Assembly (NCBI RefSeq): GCF_006345805.1
Contig: NC_043000.1
Coordinates: forward strand, 67,456,001 to 67,520,000
DNA length: 64,000 bases
Origin: Octopus sinensis
Lineage: Eukaryota
Reading direction: 5' to 3'
Made by a program: the position numbers and the translations under genes. Numbering within the stretch: position 1 is the stretch's first letter; each line of letters opens with the position of its first letter. The notes beneath the pieces are model-generated. The model saw only the letters and a list, made by a program, of their open reading frames with translations. It did no database searches and had not been told where the DNA came from. Shown here one piece after another: positions 54,601 through 64,000 of this stretch.

Positions 54601-55768
54601 GGGGATTTTCTGATATAACAAAATCTCGCGGCACATCTATGATCCATATGTGTTACATAAGTGTACCATGGTTGTGTGATTGAAAATATCTGTTTTACAG
54701 AGTTCGAGTATATCCTGAGACACGATCGAGTTACCAACTATGTCCTCTAAGCAATAGATATACCGACACTTAGAAGGGAATATGAATAAAAAAATTTCTA
54801 AACTATTTATCTCCAACATGATACATGTCAACAACCTATTCACTGTCATGTCATATATTTCTGTCCATACTAAGTCAAACAATCTAGATGTAACTATCAT
54901 GAATTCAAATAACATTTTTGTACTCCGGTAGACATTTCAATCTTTCCTGACCAAAACATCGCCCAGGAAGAAGTTGCTTGATTGAGAAAATACAAGAAAT
55001 GCAAGCCAAAAAGGACAAAAAACGTTAAAAAGACAACAAATGACCGTCTTGCAAGAAAAAGTTTAACCTAGGGGAAAAAGCATGCTAAACGGGCGAAAAG
55101 TGGTCCAATCCTTTCCGCCAGAATAAACCAAGACTGAGAAGCTCACCTACCCTGGAAAGTGACGAACTTCACAGTAATGAGAACATGGAATTTCTTCTCA
55201 AAGAACTGCGGAGGAAAGTGGAATTAAAAAGATTCTGCTTTGTGAGAAAATGAGGACTGCAGGGAATACTGAAGAGATAGACTTCTGATAAAAGCATTTC
55301 AACTGCCTATTGACAAATATTATACCTGATATTTCAGTAGAACATGAACTCCTTCGTATTCACTCTGACACTTGAACTGCTCATAGAACCGTTAAGAAGA
55401 GAAAACTTTAAATAGAAGGGTAACAGCTATTCGACTGGGCTAGTGGGTTCTCATTTATGTATAGGTAGAATTCCCAAACAAAATGGGTTTTTTTTGTTTT
55501 CTTTAATATTATACATTGTTTTAATTCCTTCAAGTGTTTTTTAATTTTAATTTTATTCTGAGTTTTTATCAAATATATAATTCATTCATTGTGTAAATTG
55601 TTTATACAGCCACTCTTCCGTTTATATATAACTCTGTTTCAACATGTAACCCCTAAGTTTCAATGTTTGTTTTAACGTATGAATGAGCTCATACAGCTAA
55701 TAAGGAATTATTATTGCTATTATCATTATTATTAATATTATTATTATTATTACTATTATTATTATTAT

Positions 55769-56321
55769 TGAGTGAGAGAGCAGTGCATGCCATCAAAGTG
55801 ACACTGGGGTAAAATATACGAAGCCCAGGATACCCATCATGACTACCCGTCTGATAAGGGTACACTAGGCACATGCATCACAACCATATGTGCGCGACAT
55901 GGTGATCTCATATCAAAATAAACAGCACATGACCTTGCAGGTGGGGCCCAGTTAGAATTTTCTTCTGGTCGAGTAACCCATTCCACTCGAAAGGTCCCTG
56001 AATAAGGGTTGTTTAAGGATGTTGAACGAAACATCCATGTTTCCAGAGGTGAATTATTCAAACCCCAAAGAATCCCTCTCAACACATGGCTATGATGCTC
56101 CCCCACTACTTCTGTTCGTGATCAGAGATGCACATATCGTCAGCCACTAAGGGACATGCTCAACTGGTTAAAGTCAAACAACTGACAAGCAAATCTGTGG
56201 TATTGAGCAGAATATTTGCTGTAGCCCATCTTTTATACCAAGACAAAACAATGTACATGATAACATTTCCAATCAGTTAAGATCAGAAGCCATGAGAGCC
56301 ACTGCCTGGTACGGCATCAGG

Positions 56322-56323
<2 letters not shown>
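55769..56323 (-). mobile_element. 555-bp non-coding element, full-length copy E
   Basis: Reverse complement is colinear with 33463-34017, with (TTA)n on both sides. Confidence 0.92.
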
Positions 56324-56387
<64 letters not shown>

Positions 56388-56405
56388 GTATCATCATCAT
56401 TAGAA

Positions 56406-57181
56406 GGCGGCGAGCTGAAAGAAATGTGTGCACGCCGGGCGAAATGCTTATCGGGGTTTCGTCTGCCGCTACGTTCTGAGTTCAAATTCCGCCGAGGTCC
56501 ACTTTGCCTTTCATCCTTTCGGGGTCGATTAAATAAGTACCAGTTACGCACTGGGGTCAATGCAATCGACTTAATATATTTGTCTGTCCTTGTTTGTTCC
56601 CTCTGTGTTTAGCCCCTTGTGGGTAGTAAAGAAACAGGTATTTCGTTACGTTCTCAGTTCAAATTCCGCCGAGGTCGACTTTGCTTTTCATCCTTTCGGG
56701 GTCGATAAATTAAGTACCAGTTACGCGCTAGGGCCGATGTAATCGACTTAATCCGTCTGTCTGTCCTTCTTTGTCCCCTTGTGTTTAGCCCCTTGTGGGT
56801 AGTAAGGAAATAGGCATTTCATCTGCCGCTACATTCTGAGGTATTTCGTATGCCGTTTCATTCTGAGTGTAAATTCCGTCGAGGTCGACTTTGACTTTCA
56901 TCCTTTCGGGGTCGATTAAATAAGTACCAGTTACGCACTGGGGTTGATATAACCGACTTAATCCGTTTATCTGTCCTTGTTTGTCCTCTCTGTGTTTAGC
57001 CCCTAGTGGGTAGTAAAGAAATAGGTATTTCGTCTGCCACTACGTTCTAAATTCCGCCGAGGTTAACTTTGCATCTCATCCTTTCGGGGTCGATAAATTA
57101 AGTACCAGTTGGGTACTGGAGTCGATCTAATCGACTAGCCCCTCCCCTAAAATTTCACGTCTTGTGTCTATAATAGAAAGG
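56406..57181 (+). mobile_element. SINE S1 tandem tetramer
   Basis: One headed unit (56406-~56638), headless units starting at about 56639, 56840 and 57025, and a different tail plus (ATT)n on the last unit. Confidence 0.9.
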
Positions 57182-57207
57182 ATTATTATTATTATTATTA
57201 TTATTTA

Positions 57208-57281
<74 letters not shown>

Positions 57282-57282
<1 letters not shown>

Positions 57283-57660
57283 GATTAAATAAGTATCAGT
57301 TGAACGCTGGTGTCGATGTAATCGACTCGGCCCCTCTCCCAAAATTACTGCCCTTGTGGCAAAATTTGGAACCATCATTATTTATGGTCAGTAGGTTCTT
57401 GAAAATAATTTGAAAATCTCTACAAATGATAGCTTTCGAAAATGGTGAGCTGGTAGAATTGTTTGAAGCGTCGGACAAAATGCTGTCTGGCATTACCTCC
57501 GGTTCCTTACGCTTTGACATCAACCCCCGCTGAGGTTAGGTTAACTTTACGTTTCATTGCCCCGATATCGATAAAATAAGTACAAGTTGAGCAATGGGGT
57601 CGATGTAATCGACTTGCATCCTCCTCACAAAACTGCTGGTTTTGTGCCAAAATTAGGAAG
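57282..57660 (+). mobile_element. Two further S1 SINE copies (3' fragment 57282-57372; old copy 57444-57660)
   Basis: cgattaaataagtatcag..gtcgatgtaatcgact..cttgtggcaaaatttgg, and ggtgagctggtagaattg...tgtgccaaaattag. Confidence 0.75.
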
Positions 57661-57689
57661 AATTATTATTCAGTAGCTCTATTTTTATT

Positions 57690-59690
57690 GCATGTTTTCA
57701 CTACATTACCAAGAGCAGTTCTCTGGTGCGTAAGTCCACTGAGCTTTGCATTGGCTTTAAATTTTCTTATGTATTAACACTAATCTACATAATATATGCC
57801 CATTGGTTAGAAGTGCTACTTTCTACAGGTTGTGGCGTTATGGTTATGTATTTGTCTGCATGGTTTTCTTAATATTAAAGGAACTACGTCTGTTTTCCCT
57901 TTCTCATTCTGCCTATCTCAATTACCATATATTTGGATAACATCTCACTTTTTTTCCTGAGACATACATAACTCAAATTTCGATTAAGAGTGACTTTCTT
58001 CTCTAGTGTCCTTGAAAACAATATATGGCTGATTTGTCTTGAACACGTTGTTTATATAGATTATCATATTCGAGGGAATGTTCGTTTTGTCATTCTTTGC
58101 AGTATTTTCTGATGTAAGATTATATATAATTTTTTATTCTTTTATTATATTTTTCGTTTAAATGTTTGAAAGCTCCCCCAACTCTGTCGTGCCTGTACAT
58201 GTGATTTTGCATGGTATGACTGGCCTACCAGAGATGTGACTAATTTATTCTTCTCAACTTCTCTATACTGTAAACTTAATGTATTCTATTTATTACATGC
58301 TTTAAGTGGTTTTTTCATAAGACGACAGCTTTGATCCGCTGTCCAAGAATTCTTCAGTCGCAAATTTTTAGCCCTGCACTTTGCGACAAGAGTTGCCATT
58401 TTCCCCTATCTATTTCCAGCCTCTTTAGTTTTTTCAGGTAGTAACTATATCAGGAAATTTCTTACTATCGCTTTACTATGACATTCTGTATCCAATTTTT
58501 CTTTAGCTTTTTGGCCTTTTCACAATTTCTTCTTTTAGCTGTTTTTATTCATCAGTTTTTTTTTCTTTCTTGAAAACAGAAAAGATTTTTGTTTTGGTTG
58601 TGTTTTGAAGCTGTTTGTCTTAGTTTTCCATTATTCTCTGGTAACTATTTTTGTAGTCCAAAAGGATGCATTTATATTTTTCTAGTTGCTTCAAGTTATC
58701 TGTATATATTCGTACTAAATGTAATCCTTCTCTGTCAGATTTGAAATGTATTTTAAAGGCAGTAATTTCCTTTTATTCTGTCTAGCCCTGCTAACTGATT
58801 TAGCATCCAATTATTGCACCCACATACAAGTAAGAACACACCAGCGAGGTCAAGCAGTGTACTCTACGTATCCACCTCGCATTTCAATCAGTATTTTCTG
58901 TTTCGGGTGGGGCTGTGAGCAGTTCGGGTGTCGCAGTGAATAGGAAGGGATCAATATCCTACTAAAATATCAGTTACATTTGCCTATAGGCAGTTGATAA
59001 GAATTTTACCAGTAATCTATCTCTTCAGTGTGCTCTGTGCTTTGCCCTCACTTCACATAGCAGCAGCACTTTCTACATTTAGAAGGAAGTTCGATGATTT
59101 TCCGGGAGGAGGCGAGCTTCTCAGAACTGGTTACTTCATGTGGAGGGAGAAGCTACAATACTGTGACTAGTACCTTATTTTCTGTATAACATGTCTTTTG
59201 TGTGTTATATTCTGCTTCGTTTTTGTGAGTGTGTTTGATCTAATTACCCTATCTTTACTTTTTTATCTAGCTTGATATTAGTGCTCTGAACTCTTTTGTA
59301 TTGAAGAGTTTCAGGTAAATCTCTGTACAATCTGCAGCAGTGTTTCTAGATGTTTATTGCTTTTAGTGTACAACTTGAAGCAAACCATAATTAAAATGAA
59401 GTTGAATACCCATAAATATCATTTCTTTCCGATGCCTGTCTTGTTTAACATGTGCGGTAGAAGTGGTAGCACAAGGAAGAAAAAGAATGAAAAACATGGA
59501 TTCCCTTGGAATATTCTTCTTGTCTGCAAAAACGATTGATGACTACTCACGACGTGTTTAAAGTATCTATTTATTGTTGGTTCTGTCTTACTTAAAACTA
59601 ATGCTCCCGTAATGTACATATAGAGAGCGTCTCTAAAACCTTCAGGAAACCATTTCATGCAATACTTAGAGCACACTTTTTATTCTCTCT
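57690..59690 (-). mobile_element. Ancient RLE-LINE (RT to RLE), possibly interrupted at about 58830-59160
   Basis: Minus strand: RIFQGNPC..LPHMLNKTGIG (ORF 59419-59676), NNWMLNQLAGLDR..HFKSDREGLHL, and LSKY..IEIGRM. Confidence 0.65.
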
Positions 59691-59799
59691 TTCTACGATG
59701 TATAGCTATTGATTTGTTGATCAGTAATTGATTTTTCAGCCAAGTGAGCCATTGTGACATCCCTTTTCCTTCTACTTCTCCTCCTTCTTCTGCTGACTA

Positions 59800-59822
59800 A
59801 AGCAGCAGCAGCACCAGCAGCA

Positions 59823-59900
<78 letters not shown>
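59800..59900. repeat. (CAG/CAC)n(TAG)n microsatellite
   Basis: Directly visible. Confidence 0.95.
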
Positions 59901-59901
<1 letters not shown>

Positions 59902-60304
59902 AACTTCATAGAAGAAAGCACTTAAGGCAAGGACAAATAAGATTAAAAAGAAAAGATAAAATTGAAATAGATTTCCAAGATATAACAGAGAAAAAAATTG
60001 CTGAACGGCCAATATTCTATAAAACTCGATAGGGAGGAAATAAATCAGAAGAAGAGTTAACAATGACTCAAAAGTTCAAGACCGTAAATGTAGAAATGTA
60101 AAGTCTGATGTCAGCTGAACAGGATCAATGACAATTTACAAATAAGTACAAAAGAAGAAAACAATAATAAGAAAAAAATATGCTACCATCACATGTTGAC
60201 TATGCAGTCTGTTATAGTCAGTACAATGGCACAATTGACAGTTCTTGCTGAACCCTAGTATATTCATTGCTACGATTGAGTCAGTAATTAGCTGTGCCTA
60301 GTGT

Positions 60305-60580
60305 GTAAATATATCAATACCTCGATATAAAAACGATGTAAAGATAAACCGTCCAGATAAAATTACCAAGGACATAGCGGAGAATTTCAGAACTCATGAG
60401 ACATTTTGATACTTTCCAGCCAAAATAACGCCCGGAAGAAGTCGAGGTCCTGTTAAAGCCAAATGATCTTCTACTGGAAAGAAATGGATTGTCGAGTACA
60501 AAAGTAGAAATAGTATAAATAATAATTAGAACATTGGTATTGTATAAAAGAACTGGTATTCTATAAAAGAACACAATTAA
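60305..60580 (+). mobile_element. Decayed RLE domain fragment
   Basis: KINRPDKITKD (NRPDI) followed by EVEVLLKPNDL..TKVEIV*IIIRTL. Confidence 0.5.
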
Positions 60581-60589
60581 AACATATTG

Positions 60590-60811
60590 TACCTGGGATT
60601 TTAGCTGTACAAGACGCCCTAGAGATGATTCTACGCTGTTGCTTGATTTGTATGAAATAACGGTCAAATCTCGCTCGAATAACATTGTACCGTCTTTGAG
60701 AACTCACTAGATAATGTAAATGTTGTGTACACTTTACGGAAAAGATGGAATGGTCGTGACTGGAATATCTTTAATCTACTTGATCTAGTTTGACGTAAAA
60801 CTTAACAACAA
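60590..60811 (+). mobile_element. Family T repeat copy
   Basis: gaaataacggtcaaatctcgctcgaataacat..ccgtctt.. ending aacaacaa, the reverse complement of the 14383 copy. Confidence 0.55.
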
Positions 60812-62197
60812 TACATACCCCATAGCACCAACAATTCATATTCTACACAATTGCCACCTATTAATAAATCTATACAAATAGCACACACGCCACATAATCA
60901 ACACCAGATATTATAACAGTTGAGAGACATACAGACAGATGTCTCAGTTATTTAAGCTACTGGAGTTATATTTTTTTATAACAAACTCTTTGTTACGCTG
61001 GAGAAATTCAGTCCGAGGACAAATGAATGTCATGCGAGAGAAGTTTTATATGAAATCCTTTGCTAAATTCGACAAAATTATCGCTAAGATTGATCTTTTC
61101 TAAAACGTGTATAGAGTTTAACTAAACTATAGAAGGGTCTATAATGTTTGTTCAATGAGGGTACTTTTGACATATATAATATATAATTATATATATAACT
61201 GATATATGATAATTAATTTATTGAGCTGCTGGAAAATGCGGTTTTACAAAATTTGGTGGTTTCTAGTCAGACGGTTTTCATTCTCTGCCGCAATATGCTT
61301 ATTAAAAATATGTATATACAAATTTATCACAAAAATTCTAAGATAGCAGCATTGATTCAAACTTGATATATCATTAAAATTATATTTTCGACATCTGTCA
61401 CGAGCAGACTTGTTTTTAATGTTAGAAATATTTATTTCTCGTTGAAAGTTAATGTTCAATAATCAGTAGAGCAAGACTACTTTGACCTATGATATTTCTT
61501 TTCTTTCTTCGTTTCTCTCCTTCTCTCTCTTTTCAATATTTTCCTTCCTCTCTCGCTCTCTCCCCTTCTCTTCCTCCCTCACTCTCCTTCCCCTCTCTAT
61601 TTTTTCTTTTTAGCTCTGATTGTAACCGTTATTCACTGATGTTTGCAATCATAAAATCCAAATAAATCCGTGAGGAGAAAGCAAGATTTCATGTAATTGT
61701 CCAATTATTAGGCGACAAATCGGAAACTCCTCATAATCTATTTTTCAGCGGATATGAGCAGGGAAATTCGTTAATAAAAAAACTGTTTCGATAATGCTAG
61801 AAACAGATAATTCACCATACTTTGTTTCGTTTGTGTTATCTTCAACAGTTTTGTTAGAATTTAATCACAGTAAATAATATTTTCTTCTTTATATCCGAAA
61901 AAAGGTGGATCGTATCGTAATATAATCACAGACTCAATGAGTATGTTACTGTAAATAAATCGTGACCAAGAAATAGAAAATTATCAAAGGTTTAAGCCCT
62001 ATTGTTTTGAAGTTAATTTTAGAAAGAGATCAATGTTAATAGCCCTTGTAAAGGTCATGCACTTAATATTCAGCTCTAAGTTTCACGGGTGGATATTTGG
62101 ATGGGGAATTTTTGCTGTGAGTTTGAAGTTCTGTGGAGGAAAGATCGAGAAAAGCATTTCAGAAATGTCTAAAGATGAGGAGAACAAAGGAGAGAGA

Positions 62198-62235
<38 letters not shown>

Positions 62236-62299
62236 CCATTAGGTTTTTGGGTGAGTTGGTGCATGTTTTATAAGTTCAAAAGAGTAGAAACCATTGTGG

Positions 62300-63500
62300 C
62301 AGTTGAAAAAGATATAGAGGAAAGACTTGGGCTTGGGGTTGCGCCGTATTGATTAATTGTTTACCTCACAGTTGAATGAATCTTTCCTTTAATGCAGTCT
62401 AGAATAATTATATATGTTGTAGATTAACTATTGAACAATTCAGTGAACACTACTCTAATATAGGATATATTCCAGCCCCACAGAGAGTCAGCAACTCTTC
62501 GATGCTGAAGTAATTTCTGCATCTTAAAAAAGAAACTAAACATCTAGGATACCTTCCTGGTTATATTATAGATGTTTAGTCGGGCCAATCATCTGCAAAG
62601 AGATTATCGGGCCAAACATCTGCAAAATTTTCAAAGGGTTTAGATGTGTATTTTTCATAAGTTGGAATAAATAGAGCTGCATGTTTTCTCGATGTGTATA
62701 GTAACTATATTATGATTCTCTTCAGTTTATCTAGGTTGTCCTATTTGCAATATACTTTGTAATCTCTGTTACAGGCAGTGTGCGAAACGAAGGTGTAGCC
62801 AAAGTTACAGTCACCGGTCTTGTTAAAATTCAATGGAACAATTTTACTTCCGTACAAGTTACAAAAGAATGAAACTAATGGTATGATGCGAGGAAACTTG
62901 TTTAGGAATTTTATATTAAGTTGCAATTGATCTAGTTCAACCGTAATCTAGAGAGAGGGACTCAAAATGTTAAAGGAGAAATAGCTTATCTTCGGAAATC
63001 TAGATGCATGCCGGACTAGATAGCATTAGAGAGACACAGGTTGACGTAATTGGTGGTGATGCATATCAGCTCAGAAACACTCTGCTAAGGGAGAAAAGCA
63101 CGAATAACATCTACACAGGTCACCTTTTGGGTTATTGAATCGATATTGGTATTGCAGTATTCACTTCTACAATATCACTATTTTTCCTGCTTTTGATATA
63201 GCTGTTGTTTAAAACTATTCACAAGCCTGATGAGAAAATCCTATTTTCTGATTCTTTAATTTGAAATAACATTCAGACCCACCTTATAATCTGAAAAACT
63301 CTTTGACATAATTAATAATTTCTGCCATCAGAAATACTTAACCATATGTGTTATACCTTCCATTGTTTTTCTCTAACAGTACTAAAATTTATCTCAACTA
63401 TTTAACCTCATTAAACTTCTCGTTTGGAGGACATTTTCTTCTTAAGCTTTAACCTGGCTTCTATTCCTCCGAATCCTATGATTCTGAAATATTTTTTCTC
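62300..63500 (-). mobile_element. Possible ancient L1/Tx1-like RT remnant
   Basis: Minus-strand LFADD at about 62590 and a weak NY..PVSL-like motif at about 63040. Little other support. Confidence 0.3.
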
Positions 63501-64000
63501 TCCAGCTAATAATTGGTAATAGAATTAAGTGAGAACCCTACTAGTGTCGTCCAATAACCATTCTCGTAGTTAACAGAAAAGAAGACTATGCACTTCTTTT
63601 ACCCAAGTGAATAGTTTAAAGCATTTGCAATTGGCTGATTACATACTGTCACAGAGGACTTCACTGTCACTGATTACTTATTGAGAAAAATTACTCTTTA
63701 AAATGTGACATTTTAATATAAGCCCTATGCATTTGATGATTGAATTTTTTTCTAAATAAAAGTAGTTTTGATGGTGATTGTTGAAAACATACGGTAGCAT
63801 ATTCATATTTTTGTAAAACTCTTCATTAAAAATATCAAGACATTGAGAATGATTTGTGATGTAGTTAAAGAATCACCACTACATTCTACATTATGGTTCA
63901 TCCCTGCTAGAGTTACGACTTATGTCTCTAGTTATCGGTAACAAACGAGTTTTTGTAATATCGAAAAGCATTTGAAAATATAGGCTTCGCACGACGGTAG

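Noticed and set aside
54637-54915. ORF initially resembling Penelope RT
   Set aside because: Motifs are unconvincing, and it lies within the Helitron helicase relic on the same strand.
55843-56106. 87-aa ORF inside the 555-bp element
   Set aside because: The equivalent frame in copy C hits a stop (GTV*), it lacks an ATG start, and it shows no recognisable motif.
56406-57181. CRISPR-like or tRNA gene array
   Set aside because: Units are ~180-bp SINE bodies with no unique spacers and no cloverleaf, in a eukaryotic context.
62580-62628. Short direct repeat tcgggccaa(t/a)catctgcaaa x2
   Set aside because: A simple local tandem duplication within a probable decayed RT, with only two units.

Overview
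This is AT-rich, microsatellite-saturated eukaryotic DNA with no supportable host protein-coding exon. It looks intergenic or deep intronic. The repeat content suggests an octopus or other cephalopod genome, which is an inference and not a database match. Nearly all long ORFs in the track are microsatellite artefacts. The window is a transposon graveyard containing: many R4/Dong-type RLE non-LTR retrotransposon copies (several families, mostly stacked in (AAT)n at 31-40 kb, one with an intact endonuclease ORF), two RTE LINEs, a CR1/L2-group LINE, a full-length dead mariner, a non-autonomous Helitron plus decayed Helitron helicase fragments, and several tRNA-derived SINE families including multimers. 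Three observations stand out. First, a 555-bp non-coding, apparently highly structured element occurs in five copies with a fixed 5' end, 5'-truncated variants and consistent (AAT)n polarity, making it a candidate parasite of the Dong-like LINEs. Second, a 167-bp palindrome is built from two inverted minimal hammerhead-ribozyme motifs, and more hammerhead-like motifs lie at 24.3-24.6 kb. Third, SINE multimers appear to have been mobilised as units. All homology calls come from reading motifs by eye, and boundaries of old fragments are approximate.
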